Assembly: GCA_965661345.1 (NCBI GenBank)
Contig: CBFIDK010000008.1
Span: 8,230 to 72,229, forward strand
Direction: 5' to 3'
Source: Flavobacteriales bacterium
GTDB taxonomy: Bacteria; Bacteroidota; Bacteroidia; Flavobacteriales; UBA7312
DNA: 64,000 nt
The notes under the pieces were generated by a model. It was not told where the DNA came from, searched no databases, and saw only the letters and a list, made by a program, of their open reading frames with translations. The position numbers were made by a program, and so were the translations under genes. Every line of letters begins with the position of its first letter. Position 1 is the stretch's first letter. Positions 9,681-20,509 of the stretch are shown piece by piece.

Positions 9681-12600
9681 ATGGCAATAAGAAAAGGTAA
9701 AAAAGAAGTTAATATAAGTTTTAATAACATTACAATTAGTCTTGCATCACCCGAAGACATCCTATCGAAGTCGAGTGGTGAGGTTACAAAACCAGAGACA
9801 ATTAACTACAGAACGTATAAGCCAGAAAGAGACGGTTTATTCTGTGAAAGAATTTTTGGACCTACAAAAGACTTTGAGTGTCATTGTGGAAAATATAAAA
9901 GAATTCGATACAGAGGAATCGTTTGTGACCGTTGTGGTGTTGAAGTAACTGAGAAAAAAGTTAGAAGAGAGAGAACAGGACACATCCAGTTGGTAGTTCC
10001 TGTTGCTCACATTTGGTACTCCAAATCAAATCCTAATAAAATCGGTTATTTACTTGGTTTACCTAGTAAGAAACTTGATATGATTATATACTACGAAAGG
10101 TATGTAGTTATACAAGCAGGTTTAGCCAAAAATGCTGAAGGTGAGCCATTAAACTACATGGACTTCTTGACGGAAGACGAATACTTAGATGCATTAGAGC
10201 AATTGCCACCTGAGAACCGATATTTAGATGATGAAGACCCAAATAAATTCATTGCTAAAATGGGTGCTGAAGCTTTAGTAGAGTTATTACGTCGATTAGA
10301 TTTAGATGAGTTATCATATGATTTAAGACACAAAGCGAATACAGAAACTTCTCAGCAGAGAAAAGCTGAAGCTTTAAAAAGATTACAAGTAATAGAATCT
10401 TTCAGAGATGCAAATTCTCGTATAGAGAACAAACCAGAGTGGATGATTGTAAAGGTTATTCCTGTTATACCACCTGAGTTAAGACCATTAGTTCCACTTG
10501 ATGGTGGTCGTTTTGCTACTTCTGATTTAAATGATTTATACAGAAGAGTTATAATCAGAAATAACAGATTAAAGCGATTAATTGAAATTAAAGCCCCAGA
10601 AGTAATTCTTAGAAATGAAAAGAGGATGCTTCAGGAGTCTGTTGATTCATTATTTGACAATTCAAGAAAGTCAAGTGCTGTTAAAACAGAATCTAATCGG
10701 GCATTAAAATCCTTATCTGATAGTCTTAAAGGAAAACAAGGACGTTTTCGTCAGAATCTATTAGGTAAGCGTGTTGATTATTCTGCTCGTTCGGTAATTG
10801 TTGTCGGACCAGAATTAAAGATGCATGAATGTGGTTTACCAAAAAATATGGCTGCCGAATTATTCAAGCCTTTCATCATTCGTAAAATGATTGACAGAGG
10901 TATTGTTAAGACGGTAAAATCTGCTAAAAAAATTATTGATAAAAGAGAGCCAGTAGTTTGGGATATTCTTGAAAACGTAATGAAAGGACATCCAGTTCTT
11001 TTGAACCGTGCCCCAACTCTTCACAGATTAGGTATACAGGCCTTCCAGCCAGTAATGATTGAAGGAAAAGCCATTCGTTTACACCCATTAGTATGTACGG
11101 CTTTTAATGCCGATTTCGATGGTGACCAGATGGCTGTACACCTTCCATTAGGAGAAGCAGCAGTATTAGAAGCACAATTACTAATGCTAGCATCTCATAA
11201 CATTCTTAACCCTGCAAATGGAGCGCCAGTAACAGTTCCATCTCAAGACATGGTATTAGGATTATACTACATGACTAAGTCATTGAAGGGTGCAAAAGGT
11301 GAAGGTTTATCATTCTACTCAGAAGAAGAAGTTAAGATTGCTTTTAATGAGTCTATTGTTGACTTACATGCAATCATTAAGGTTAGAGCTTCAGTCAAAG
11401 AAGGTGATGAGCTAACTACTAAACTTATTGAAACAACAGTTGGTAGAGTATTATTTAATGAACACGTACCTTCTGAGGTCGGTTTTATTGATCAAATACT
11501 AACCAAGAAAGCATTAAGAGACATCATTGGTGATGTTTTAAGTGTTTCTGGAATTGCTAAAACAGCTGAATTCCTTGATGCTATTAAAGGTATTGGTTAT
11601 CACTTTGCATTCAAAGGTGGATTATCATTTAACTTGGGTGATGTAATTGTCCCTGAAGAAAAAGATACCATGATAACTGAAGCTTATAACCAAGTTGATG
11701 AAGTTACATCTAACTATAACATGGGATTCATTACAAATAATGAAAGATACAACCAGGTTATTGATATTTGGTCAAATACCAATGCGCACTTAACAGAAAA
11801 AGTGATGAAACAGTTAAGTTCTGATAAAGATGGATTTAACTCTGTTTACATGATGCTTGACTCTGGTGCAAGGGGTTCTAAAGAACAAATCAAGCAGTTA
11901 GGTGGTATGAGAGGTCTTATGGCTAAGCCACAAAAGTCTGGTGATAAGAGTGGTGCAGCGATTATTGAAAACCCAATTATTGCAAACTTTAAAGAAGGTC
12001 TTTCAATTCTTGAGTACTTTATTTCTACTCACGGTGCTCGTAAAGGTCTTGCCGATACAGCTCTTAAAACAGCAGATGCAGGTTACCTGACTCGTCGTTT
12101 GGTAGATGCTTCTCAAGATGTAGTTGTTAAGATCGAAGATTGCGGTACTCTTAGAGGATTAGAGCTTTCAGCGTACAAGAAAAACGATGAAATCGTAGAA
12201 TCTTTAAAAGATAGAATTGTTGGACGTGTTTCTTTACACAATGTATATGACAATGATGGAAACGTTATAGTAGCGTCTAATGAGATGATTGTTGAAAAAA
12301 CTGCTCAAGCAATTGAAGATGCACATGTTGAATCTGTTGAGGTGCGTTCAGTACTAACTTGTGAAGCTAAGAAAGGTGTTTGTGCAAAATGTTATGGTAG
12401 AAACCTATCAACAAGCAACATGGCAGTTTCAGGTGATACAGTAGGTGTTGTAGCCGCTCAGTCGATTGGTGAACCAGGTACTCAGCTTACACTTAGAACT
12501 TTCCACTTTGGAGGTACAGCTTCTAAAATAGCATCTGAGTCTAGTATTGTTACCAAGTACGATGGTAAGTTAGAAATTGATGACTTAAAAACCATTGAAA

Positions 12601-13976
12601 CGGTTAACGAAGATGGTGAAAAGGTACAAATGGTTATCAGTAGAACCTCTGAAGTAAGAATTATTGATGAGAACTTAGGTATAGTTTTATCTTCAAGCAA
12701 CATTCCTTACGGTTCTAACCTTTACGTTCAACCAGGTAAAAAAGTTAAGAAAGGAACCAAGATTTGTGATTGGGATCCGTACAATGCGATTATCGTTTCT
12801 GAATTTGAAGGAAAAGTTGTTTTCAAAGATATCATTGAAGGTCTTTCATTCCGAGTTGAATCGGATGAGCAAACAGGCTTTGAAGAAAAAGTAATGATTG
12901 AAAGAAAAGATAAAACGCTTAACCCTACAATTAGTATTGTAAATAAGAAAGATGAACAATCACGTTCATACAGTATGCCGGTTAAAGCTCACTTATCTGT
13001 AAATGACTCACAGACTATTAAGCCAGGTCAAATTATCGCTAAAATACCAAGACTAGCTTCTTCATTAGGTGATATTACGGGTGGTTTACCTCGTGTAACA
13101 GAGTTATTTGAAGCACGTAACCCATCTAACCCTGCAGTGGTAACTGAAATTGATGGTATTGTATCTTTTGGTCCAAAAATCAAAAGAGGTAATAAAGAAG
13201 TAATCATTACTTCTAAAACTGGTGAAGTTTCTAAATATCTAATTCCATTGTCAAAACACATTTTAGTTCAGGAAAATGATTTTGTGAAATCAGGTATGCC
13301 ATTATGTGATGGTGCTATTACGCCATCTGATATTCTACGAATTAAAGGACCTACTGCAGTTCAAGAATATATTGTTAATGAAATTCAAGAAGTATATAGA
13401 CTTCAGGGAATGAAAATTAACGATAAACACTTTGAAGTTGTTGTAAGACAAATGATGAGAAAAATGTCAATTGTTGATGCAGGTGATACTAGATTCTTAG
13501 ATGGTCAGACCGTCACTAAACTAGAATTCCTTGAAGAAAACGATAGAATCTTTGGAATGAAAGTTGTAGAAGAAACTGGTGACTCTCAAATTCTTAAATC
13601 AGGTCAAATTATTTCTGCTAGAAAATTAAGAGAAGAAAACTCAAGATTAAGGCGTAAAGATTTGAAAACTGTTGAGGTTAGAGATGCAGTACCTGCAACT
13701 AGCGAACAAAAGATTCAGGGAATTACTCGTGCTGCATTACAAACCAACAGTTGGGTTTCTGCGGCATCCTTCCAGGAAACTACTAAAGTATTGAATGCTG
13801 CTGCAATTAACGGTAAGCGCGATACCTTAGAAGGATTGAAAGAAAATGTTATTGTAGGACATAAGATTCCTGCTGGAACGGGTCTTCGTGTTTTTGATGA
13901 TATCGTCGTTGGTTCTCAAGAAGAATTTGACGGATTGATGTCAGCTAAAGAAGAGGAAGAAAAAGCTAACGCATAG
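9681..13976 (+). CDS. rpoC: DNA-directed RNA polymerase subunit beta'
   Basis: 1431 aa with the [12 protein letters not shown] catalytic motif and the zinc-binding [20 protein letters not shown]. Confidence 0.99.
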   Translation: MAIRKGKKEVNISFNNITISLASPEDILSKSSGEVTKPETINYRTYKPERDGLFCERIFGPTKDFECHCGKYKRIRYRGIVCDRCGVEVTEKKVRRERTGHIQLVVPVAHIWYSKSNPNKIGYLLGLPSKKLDMIIYYERYVVIQAGLAKNAEGEPLNYMDFLTEDEYLDALEQLPPENRYLDDEDPNKFIAKMGAEALVELLRRLDLDELSYDLRHKANTETSQQRKAEALKRLQVIESFRDANSRIENKPEWMIVKVIPVIPPELRPLVPLDGGRFATSDLNDLYRRVIIRNNRLKRLIEIKAPEVILRNEKRMLQESVDSLFDNSRKSSAVKTESNRALKSLSDSLKGKQGRFRQNLLGKRVDYSARSVIVVGPELKMHECGLPKNMAAELFKPFIIRKMIDRGIVKTVKSAKKIIDKREPVVWDILENVMKGHPVLLNRAPTLHRLGIQAFQPVMIEGKAIRLHPLVCTAFNADFDGDQMAVHLPLGEAAVLEAQLLMLASHNILNPANGAPVTVPSQDMVLGLYYMTKSLKGAKGEGLSFYSEEEVKIAFNESIVDLHAIIKVRASVKEGDELTTKLIETTVGRVLFNEHVPSEVGFIDQILTKKALRDIIGDVLSVSGIAKTAEFLDAIKGIGYHFAFKGGLSFNLGDVIVPEEKDTMITEAYNQVDEVTSNYNMGFITNNERYNQVIDIWSNTNAHLTEKVMKQLSSDKDGFNSVYMMLDSGARGSKEQIKQLGGMRGLMAKPQKSGDKSGAAIIENPIIANFKEGLSILEYFISTHGARKGLADTALKTADAGYLTRRLVDASQDVVVKIEDCGTLRGLELSAYKKNDEIVESLKDRIVGRVSLHNVYDNDGNVIVASNEMIVEKTAQAIEDAHVESVEVRSVLTCEAKKGVCAKCYGRNLSTSNMAVSGDTVGVVAAQSIGEPGTQLTLRTFHFGGTASKIASESSIVTKYDGKLEIDDLKTIETVNEDGEKVQMVISRTSEVRIIDENLGIVLSSSNIPYGSNLYVQPGKKVKKGTKICDWDPYNAIIVSEFEGKVVFKDIIEGLSFRVESDEQTGFEEKVMIERKDKTLNPTISIVNKKDEQSRSYSMPVKAHLSVNDSQTIKPGQIIAKIPRLASSLGDITGGLPRVTELFEARNPSNPAVVTEIDGIVSFGPKIKRGNKEVIITSKTGEVSKYLIPLSKHILVQENDFVKSGMPLCDGAITPSDILRIKGPTAVQEYIVNEIQEVYRLQGMKINDKHFEVVVRQMMRKMSIVDAGDTRFLDGQTVTKLEFLEENDRIFGMKVVEETGDSQILKSGQIISARKLREENSRLRRKDLKTVEVRDAVPATSEQKIQGITRAALQTNSWVSAASFQETTKVLNAAAINGKRDTLEGLKENVIVGHKIPAGTGLRVFDDIVVGSQEEFDGLMSAKEEEEKANA

Positions 13977-13988
13977 TAAATTTTAATC

Positions 13989-14300
13989 ATGTCAGAAGAT
14001 AAAAAGAAAGGTTTAAATATAGAATTGACAGAAGAGATTGCCGAAGGTACATACAGTAACTTGGCTATCATTAATCATTCGCCTTCTGAATTTGTTCTTG
14101 ACTTCATTAAGATTATGCCAGGTGTTCCAAAGGCAAAGGTTAAGTCCCGTATTTTATTAACACCACAACATGCTAAGCGACTTTTAAAAGCGTTGAGTGA
14201 TAACATTTCAAAGTATGAGTCTCAGCATGGTGAAATTAAAAACATGGAAACCTTAAATAATATTCCTTTAACCTTTAGCGGTCCGACTGCTGAAGCATAA
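13989..14300 (+). CDS. DUF3467 family protein (conserved rpoC-downstream gene of Bacteroidota)
   Basis: 103 aa containing YSNLAIINHSPSEFVLDFI...LLTPQHAKRLLKAL. It lies 12 nt after rpoC. Confidence 0.75.
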   Translation: MSEDKKKGLNIELTEEIAEGTYSNLAIINHSPSEFVLDFIKIMPGVPKAKVKSRILLTPQHAKRLLKALSDNISKYESQHGEIKNMETLNNIPLTFSGPTAEA

Positions 14301-14321
14301 GAAGTATTACTTCTATAAAAT

Positions 14322-14352
14322 AAAAAAGACCACAATTTGTGGTCTTTTTTTT
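14322..14352. terminator. Bidirectional rho-independent terminator between convergent genes
   Basis: A6 - GACCAC (14328-14333) - AATTT - GTGGTC (14339-14344) - T8. The flanking A-run and T-run let it act on both strands. Confidence 0.8.
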
Positions 14353-14373
14353 ATGCTTATATTTTATTAATTG

Positions 14374-15450
14374 TTAAGCTTTCCCTAAAGATTTTAGCAT
14401 TTTAGTATGCTCTGCTAATGCAGAAAAGTAATTTTTCTGAGTGTAGTAGGGTAAGTTATATTTTTCAGCTTTCTTCTTTACAATGTGCGAAATGTCTTTG
14501 TAATGCACGTGGCAAATGTTAGGGAATAGGTGGTGTTCTACCTGAAAGTTTAGCCCACCAACAAACCAAGAGAATAATTTGCTTTTTGGCGCATAATTTG
14601 AAGTAGTTTGTAATTGATGAATCGCCCAATTATTTTCTACTGTTCCGTTTTCGTTTGCCTGTGGATGATCGCATTCAGGCATCACATGTGCTGTTTGGAA
14701 AATGGTAGCTAATATGAAGCCAGCTACAAAGTGTAAAGACATGAAACATACCAGCCAAAATATAAATGAGATATTTCCAAAAAAGTATGGTATAGCAAAC
14801 ATGTATCCGTAGTAAACTATTTTCCAAATTACCATTTCAAGCATTAAACCATTATATTCTTTTTTATTTATTACGCCATCTTTTTTGAAGTCATTCAGTT
14901 GCTTAAACTCTTTATCGGTTGCCCACGAAAAAGTCATTAACCCATAAAGTAACCAAGCGTAAAGGTGTTGAATTTTATGTATACTCTTTAATGGAGCATC
15001 AGGGGAAAACCTCAATAGACCCATTGGGCTTACATCTGGGTCCATATCGTGAATATTTGTATAGGTATGGTGTAGCCTATTATGCTGAATCTTCCAGTTT
15101 TTTGCGCTACCTCCTAAAAAGTTTAGTGATAAACCTAATAACTTATTGACCAATTTATTTTTAGAATAAGCACCGTGATTTGCATCATGCATAACGGAAA
15201 GACCTATTCCTGCCATTCCTACACCCATCAATATCCAAAGCATCCAATATAACCATGGATTACTTACAACTCCAGAAACAGCAAAGCCATAAGGAATGTA
15301 GTACAGTGAAAACATAAAAATTGTTTTAAATACCATATTAGCATTCCCGAATCTTGATATTTTATTTTTTTTGAAATAGTCATCAATAGAAGATCTTAGT
15401 TCTTTGATGAATTCGCTTGAATGATTTTTATCAAATTTAATAGTTTTCAT
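14374..15450 (-). CDS. Membrane fatty-acid desaturase family protein
   Basis: Three histidine boxes are present (HDANHG, HNRLHH, QVEHHLFP) together with TM segments. 358 aa. Confidence 0.85.
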   Translation of the reverse strand: MKTIKFDKNHSSEFIKELRSSIDDYFKKNKISRFGNANMVFKTIFMFSLYYIPYGFAVSGVVSNPWLYWMLWILMGVGMAGIGLSVMHDANHGAYSKNKLVNKLLGLSLNFLGGSAKNWKIQHNRLHHTYTNIHDMDPDVSPMGLLRFSPDAPLKSIHKIQHLYAWLLYGLMTFSWATDKEFKQLNDFKKDGVINKKEYNGLMLEMVIWKIVYYGYMFAIPYFFGNISFIFWLVCFMSLHFVAGFILATIFQTAHVMPECDHPQANENGTVENNWAIHQLQTTSNYAPKSKLFSWFVGGLNFQVEHHLFPNICHVHYKDISHIVKKKAEKYNLPYYTQKNYFSALAEHTKMLKSLGKA

Positions 15451-15514
15451 AAATGTTATTAGTGTGTTAAAACAAAGATACTTAATAAAGTGTGAACGAC
15501 AGGTATGAATTAGA

Positions 15515-16489
15515 TTAAATAAAACCTTGATCTTTCATCCAATCGTCATTAAAAATTTTAGCAACATATCTACTGCCGTGATCATGTAGTAATACAACGA
15601 CTACATCTTCTTTTGACAGTTTATCTTTAAGTTGATTTAATCCAGCAATAGCACTACCACAAGAATAACCAGAAAAAATTCCTTCTTCTTTTGCCAAACG
15701 GCGTGCATAGATTGCTCCATCTTTATCGGTCACTTTTTCAAAATGATCAATTAGATCAAAGTCAACATTTTTTGGTAAAATATCTTCACCAATACCCTCA
15801 GTTATGTAAGAGTAGATTTCTTTTTCATCAAAAATTCCAGTCTCATGGTACTTTTTATAGACCGAACCGTATGAGTCAACTCCCCATATCTTAATATTTG
15901 GATTTTTTTCTTTGAGAAATTTTGCAATTCCTGAGATTGTTCCTCCAGTTCCTACACCCACTATGAAATGAGTGATTTTCCCATCAGTTTGTTTCCATAT
16001 TTCTGGCCCAGTGGATTCATAGTGTGCCAGTCTATTTGATAAATTATCGTATTGATTGGGGTAAAATGAGTTTGGGATTTCCTCATTTAGCCTTTTTGCA
16101 ACAGAATAATAAGATTCAGGATGTTCTGGCGCAACATTTGTAGGGCAAACGTAAACTTCAGCACCCATAGCTTTTAGAATATCCATTTTCTCTTTTGATT
16201 GTTTGTCAGAAATGGTACAAATTAACTTATACCCTTTTTGGATACATGCTAGTGCTAGTCCCATGCCAGTGTTTCCTGATGTGCCTTCGATGATAGTTCC
16301 GCCTTCTTTTAATAATCCTGCTTTTTCAGCATCTTCAATCATTTTTATAGCCATTCTATCTTTTGTAGAATGACCAGGATTAAAGCTTTCCACTTTTGCT
16401 AAAACAAGGGCTTCTGTATCAACAACTTTATTAAGTTTAACCATCGGTGTATTGCCAATAGTATCTACGATGTGATTAAAATAATTCAT
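15515..16489 (-). CDS. PLP-dependent cysteine synthase / cystathionine beta-synthase family enzyme (no CBS domains)
   Basis: Contains NPGHSTKDRMA (PLP lysine), GTSGNTGMGLA and GVGTGGTISG. 324 aa. Confidence 0.85.
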   Translation of the reverse strand: MNYFNHIVDTIGNTPMVKLNKVVDTEALVLAKVESFNPGHSTKDRMAIKMIEDAEKAGLLKEGGTIIEGTSGNTGMGLALACIQKGYKLICTISDKQSKEKMDILKAMGAEVYVCPTNVAPEHPESYYSVAKRLNEEIPNSFYPNQYDNLSNRLAHYESTGPEIWKQTDGKITHFIVGVGTGGTISGIAKFLKEKNPNIKIWGVDSYGSVYKKYHETGIFDEKEIYSYITEGIGEDILPKNVDFDLIDHFEKVTDKDGAIYARRLAKEEGIFSGYSCGSAIAGLNQLKDKLSKEDVVVVLLHDHGSRYVAKIFNDDWMKDQGFI

Positions 16490-16498
16490 AATGCAAAT

Positions 16499-17716
16499 TT
16501 ACTCAAAACGGATTGCTCTTACAGGATTTATTTTACTTATTAAATACGAAGGTATTATTAGTATGCTAAGACATACCAGAAGCGTACCGATATTGAGGAC
16601 TAAAAAATTAACCCAATTCAAATCAATTGGAATGAATGACATGTAATAGGTGTCTGGGTTTAGTGTTACTAATTGAAACTTCTTTTGAATAATTGCTAGT
16701 GAAATACCAATAAGATTTCCAAACAGTAAGCCTTTTGAAATTAGATATGCAGAGTGGTAAAGGAATATTTTTCTGATATTCCAATTTGAACTTCCAAGTG
16801 ACTTTAAGGTACCGATTAATTGTGTTTGTTCAAGAATGAGAATAAATAGTGCCGTAATCATATTTATAGCACCTACAATTAGCATCAGTATGAGTATAAC
16901 TTTGACATTTAAATTCTGTAAGTCGAGCCAATCAAACAGCTGAGGATTTAAGTCGATAACATTTTTTGCGTTCAAGCTGTATCCGATTTCAGAATATACC
17001 CTTTGTGTTATCAGTTCTAAGTCGTCAAAATTATCAATTTGAATTTCAAGAGCTCCCACATCTTTATTTGTCCATTTGTTTAGTTTTTGAATATGGCCTA
17101 TATCACCAAAAACTAACATATTATCGTATTCGGCAACTCCTGTTTCATAAATACCAACAATGGTAAATTTCCGAACTCTTACGGGTTGTTGGATGAAATA
17201 CATGTGTAGGTCATCCATAAGCTTTAAATTTAATTGTTTGGCGATGGTGCTTGATAAAACAATATTATTTGATTTTGTTTCGCCTCCAAACAAGGGGATT
17301 TCACCTTCAATCAATTTACTTTTTAAGAAGTTAGGGTCGAAGTCATTACTTACTCCTTTGAGCACTACTCCCTGGATTTCATCTTTGGTCTTTATTATGC
17401 CTGCTTTTGTGGCATAGGATTGTATGTGTTTAATACCCTCAACATTTTGTAAGAGTTGTTTCAACGTATCGCTATCGGATAAAAGAGTAGATTCATAAGA
17501 ATTTCCATCTGAAAAATCTGTAACTTGAATATGCGAACTTAAACCTATAACTTTGTCTCTTATTTCATTTTGAAAACCTTTAATGATAGCAAGCGACAAC
17601 AACATAACAGATAAACTTAGCGCAATGGCTGTAATAGCAATGCGTATAATAGGTTTGGAAAATTGGTATTCGTTTTTACCAATTAATCGACGAGCTATAA
17701 AAAGGGCTATATTCAT
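16499..17716 (-). CDS. FtsX-like ABC transporter permease (LolC/LolE-like)
   Basis: 405 aa. N-terminus FIARRLIGKNE..., a large periplasmic loop, and a C-terminal FtsX-type 3-TM bundle ending NPVRAIRFE. Confidence 0.8.
   Translation of the reverse strand: MNIALFIARRLIGKNEYQFSKPIIRIAITAIALSLSVMLLSLAIIKGFQNEIRDKVIGLSSHIQVTDFSDGNSYESTLLSDSDTLKQLLQNVEGIKHIQSYATKAGIIKTKDEIQGVVLKGVSNDFDPNFLKSKLIEGEIPLFGGETKSNNIVLSSTIAKQLNLKLMDDLHMYFIQQPVRVRKFTIVGIYETGVAEYDNMLVFGDIGHIQKLNKWTNKDVGALEIQIDNFDDLELITQRVYSEIGYSLNAKNVIDLNPQLFDWLDLQNLNVKVILILMLIVGAINMITALFILILEQTQLIGTLKSLGSSNWNIRKIFLYHSAYLISKGLLFGNLIGISLAIIQKKFQLVTLNPDTYYMSFIPIDLNWVNFLVLNIGTLLVCLSILIIPSYLISKINPVRAIRFE
17650..17657 (+). promoter_or_regulatory. 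Candidate -7 box (TAggTTTG) for the DUF1343 gene, embedded in the divergent permease CDS
   Basis: Exact TAnnTTTG match ending 68 nt upstream of ATG 17726. The two start codons are only 9 nt apart, so any promoter must lie inside the neighbouring gene. Confidence 0.35.
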
Positions 17717-17725
17717 AAAATACTA

Positions 17726-18877
17726 ATGGCTAAAATTAATCATTTATTCTTTTGTGTTTTCTGTTTTTTGCATTGGTCTTGCGCACAGAGCACTTTTCAG
17801 TTAGGCGCAGAACAGACTGATGTTTATTTTCCTCTTTTGAAAGATAAATCAGTTGCTGTAGTAGGCAATCAAAGTTCATTAATTGCATCCACTCATTTAG
17901 TGGATAGTTTGTTGAATAGTGAAATTGAAGTAGTTAAAGTGTTTAGTCCAGAGCACGGCTTTAGAGGCACTGCTGACGCTGGAGCATATATTGAAAGTGG
18001 CGTTGATGAGCGAACGGGATTACCTATCGTTTCATTATATGGGAGTAACAAGAAACCAAAACCCAATCAACTTGAAGGTGTAGACGTTTTGGTTTTTGAT
18101 ATTCAAGACGTTGGCGCTCGCTTCTATACCTATATTTCTACTTTGCATTACGTGATGGAAGCAGCAGCAGAAAATTCTATTCCTGTATTAGTTTTAGATA
18201 GACCTAATCCAAATGGACATTATGTAGATGGACCAGTATTGGATACGGCTTACCGTTCGTTTGTAGGAATGCACCCAATACCTATTGTTCATGGTATGAC
18301 TATTGGTGAATATGCCCAAATGATAAATGGTGAAAAATGGTTAAAAGGCGGTCTGCATTGTGAGCTAACAGTAGTTTCAATGACTTCATACAATAGAAAT
18401 ATTCCGTATGATTTACCAGTGAAGCCATCGCCTAATTTACCCAATGCACAAGCAGTTAATTTATATCCGTCATTATGTCTATTTGAAGGCACAAATATTA
18501 GCGTTGGGCGAGGAACGGAATTGCCTTTTCAACATTATGGCGCACCGTTTTTGACTAGCGATTATTCCTTTATTCCCAGAAGTGGTCCAGGGGCAAAGTC
18601 TCCCAAGCACGAAGGAAAAAAATGCTTTGGAAAAGATTTGAGTAAACACCCTAAACTCAATCAATTGGATTTATCTTTTTTAATAGATACTTATATGGAA
18701 TGCCAAAATAAAGATGAATTTTTCAATCCTTTTTTTGATAAGTTGGCAGGAAATAAGGTTTTGAGAAATCAAATAAATGACGGAAAATCAGAAGAAGATA
18801 TAAGACAAAGCTGGGCAGCTGAATTAGAGGGCTTTGTGAAAATGAGGAATACTTACCTTTTATATCCATTTTTTTGA
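17726..18877 (+). CDS. DUF1343 family protein (NamZ-like exo-beta-N-acetylmuramidase family)
   Basis: Signal peptide present. Contains VGNQSS...VFSPEHGFRG...LPIVSLYG...DIQDVGARFYTYIST, characteristic of DUF1343. Confidence 0.8.
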   Translation: MAKINHLFFCVFCFLHWSCAQSTFQLGAEQTDVYFPLLKDKSVAVVGNQSSLIASTHLVDSLLNSEIEVVKVFSPEHGFRGTADAGAYIESGVDERTGLPIVSLYGSNKKPKPNQLEGVDVLVFDIQDVGARFYTYISTLHYVMEAAAENSIPVLVLDRPNPNGHYVDGPVLDTAYRSFVGMHPIPIVHGMTIGEYAQMINGEKWLKGGLHCELTVVSMTSYNRNIPYDLPVKPSPNLPNAQAVNLYPSLCLFEGTNISVGRGTELPFQHYGAPFLTSDYSFIPRSGPGAKSPKHEGKKCFGKDLSKHPKLNQLDLSFLIDTYMECQNKDEFFNPFFDKLAGNKVLRNQINDGKSEEDIRQSWAAELEGFVKMRNTYLLYPFF

Positions 18878-18885
18878 TACATTTG
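18878..18885 (+). promoter_or_regulatory. Candidate -7 box TAcaTTTG
   Basis: Exact TAnnTTTG immediately after the stop at 18875-18877, upstream of the T9SS cargo gene at 18984. Confidence 0.4.
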
Positions 18886-18983
18886 AAGAACAACACCCGT
18901 TGTATCTTCCTTTTCAAATTTTTTTATGAATTAGTTTAAAACAGTTATTCTGTTTTTATTGTTGAACTTTATCACTCTTAAAG

Positions 18984-19883
18984 ATGAAAGATTTGAAAAA
19001 ACTACAAATTCTAGGGGATGTCCATAGTGTCATCTTAAGTAGAAGAAAAGGAAGCTCCGATAATCCTAAGATAATTTTAGTATCAATAATCATTATGATG
19101 GTACTTGCCACCTTAGTAAATGGTCAAAATAACTTAGATTTTGAAACTTGGGTTATTAATTCTCAAGGGCTAGAAGAACCAGAATTTTGGAAAACTAACA
19201 ACATTCAAAACTATTTAAGTGTTAGCAAATCAACAAATTCTTCATCAGGGAACTATTCAGCATTAATTAAATCTAATGGAATTTCTTTTGAAGGGAGGGC
19301 TCCTGGAATCCTTCAAACAAAATGGTCGTCTCTTAGCAATCCATTACAAAATATATCCTACGATTTAAAAATTGATAGTTTAACAAACAATGCTGAAGCT
19401 AAAGTTATATCTATTGGCTTTGTGGATGGAAGCGTGCTATTCAGTGATACTGCTACTTATACAGTTGTAACTAGCGGTTGGGTTAATGAAATTTTAATTT
19501 TATCAGACACTTCTACAACATGTGATAGTGTTCAAGTAAGCTTTATTGCCAATACAATTGCTACCCCAACAGGCTATGTGGGTTACAGTGAGTTTTTAGT
19601 TGATAATATATCACTCAACCAGCCTTTAAGTACAATGGAACTTAATGCCCAAGAAAGTAATATTCATATTTATCCAAAACCTACAAAAGATGTTTTACAA
19701 ATAGAAGTTTCTGATAATACAGAAATAGAAAGTATTGAGCTTTTTGATCTTGGTGGTAAAAGGGTAAAAACATTCAATAATAGTGATAGAAATTTGAATA
19801 TTTCGGATCTGAGTTCAGGAACCTATTTTTTAAGAATATCAACAACTAAAGGTGGGTTAGCTGAAAAGGTAATCATTGAATGA
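18984..19883 (+). CDS. Secreted protein with T9SS C-terminal sorting domain
   Basis: The C-terminus IHIYPKPTKDVLQIE...GTYFLRISTTKGGLAEKVIIE is a type-A T9SS CTD. A hydrophobic signal segment (ILVSIIIMMVLATLVNGQ) is present. The exact start is uncertain. Confidence 0.75.
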   Translation: MKDLKKLQILGDVHSVILSRRKGSSDNPKIILVSIIIMMVLATLVNGQNNLDFETWVINSQGLEEPEFWKTNNIQNYLSVSKSTNSSSGNYSALIKSNGISFEGRAPGILQTKWSSLSNPLQNISYDLKIDSLTNNAEAKVISIGFVDGSVLFSDTATYTVVTSGWVNEILILSDTSTTCDSVQVSFIANTIATPTGYVGYSEFLVDNISLNQPLSTMELNAQESNIHIYPKPTKDVLQIEVSDNTEIESIELFDLGGKRVKTFNNSDRNLNISDLSSGTYFLRISTTKGGLAEKVIIE

Positions 19884-20026
19884 AAATCTTATAAAATTTG
19901 AAAATGAACTATTCAGTGAAATCTAACTTATTTAATAGTTGGGCATCCACCTATGAAAAAGACTTTTCTCAAAATCACTTAAGTCATTTAGCTTTGGATA
20001 TTAGCTATATTTCTAATTGGAAAAGC

Positions 20027-20509
20027 TTAAACGACCTTTTTCATCTTCTCCACAATATGGTAAACCGCTGGACATACGGCCACATTTTTTTGGGTTAAAT
20101 TTAGCAATTGATGCTGTTTAATGCGGTCGGTATGCGGGAATTCTCGACAAGCTTTTGGGCGCACATCATAAATGCTGCATCGGTTATCATCGCCTAAAAA
20201 AGCACAAGGAACAGACTGTAGCACATAGTCATTGTCTTCATCGATTCGTAAGTACTTTTCAGTGAATTCAGAAGGTTTCATTCTAAGGTGTTTAGCAATT
20301 CGCCCTATATCTTTGTCAGTGAATAAAGGTCCAGTAGTACTGCAACAGTTGGCACATTCTAAACAATTAGTGCATGCAAAAACTTCCTGATGAAGTTCAT
20401 GCATTTTTTGGTCTAACACTTTTGGCTTTAGACGTTTTATTTCCTTAAAGAAGGCCTTGTTCTCTTTAGCCTTTTGTTTGACCAAGGCTTTATGTTTTTC
20501 TAAGTCCAT
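20027..20509 (-). CDS. YkgJ-family cysteine-cluster (Fe-S/Zn-binding) protein
   Basis: CTNCLECANCCSTTGP plus the downstream C..C..C cluster are typical of UPF0153/YkgJ. The start overlaps the upstream stop (TAATG). Confidence 0.75.
   Translation of the reverse strand: MDLEKHKALVKQKAKENKAFFKEIKRLKPKVLDQKMHELHQEVFACTNCLECANCCSTTGPLFTDKDIGRIAKHLRMKPSEFTEKYLRIDEDNDYVLQSVPCAFLGDDNRCSIYDVRPKACREFPHTDRIKQHQLLNLTQKNVAVCPAVYHIVEKMKKVV

Noticed and set aside
6385-13261. Several 70-140-aa ORFs within rpoB/rpoC, either antisense or in alternative frames: 6385-6687, 8221-8640, 9111-9329, 9742-9948, 12482-12703 and 13028-13261.
   Set aside because: All are embedded in RpoB/RpoC coding sequence. No start-context or promoter evidence supports them and their composition is biased.
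19898-20098. A 66-aa plus-strand ORF in the gap after the T9SS cargo gene.
   Set aside because: It overlaps the 3' end of the convergent ykgJ-like gene and has no recognisable motif or promoter box, so it is likely spurious.
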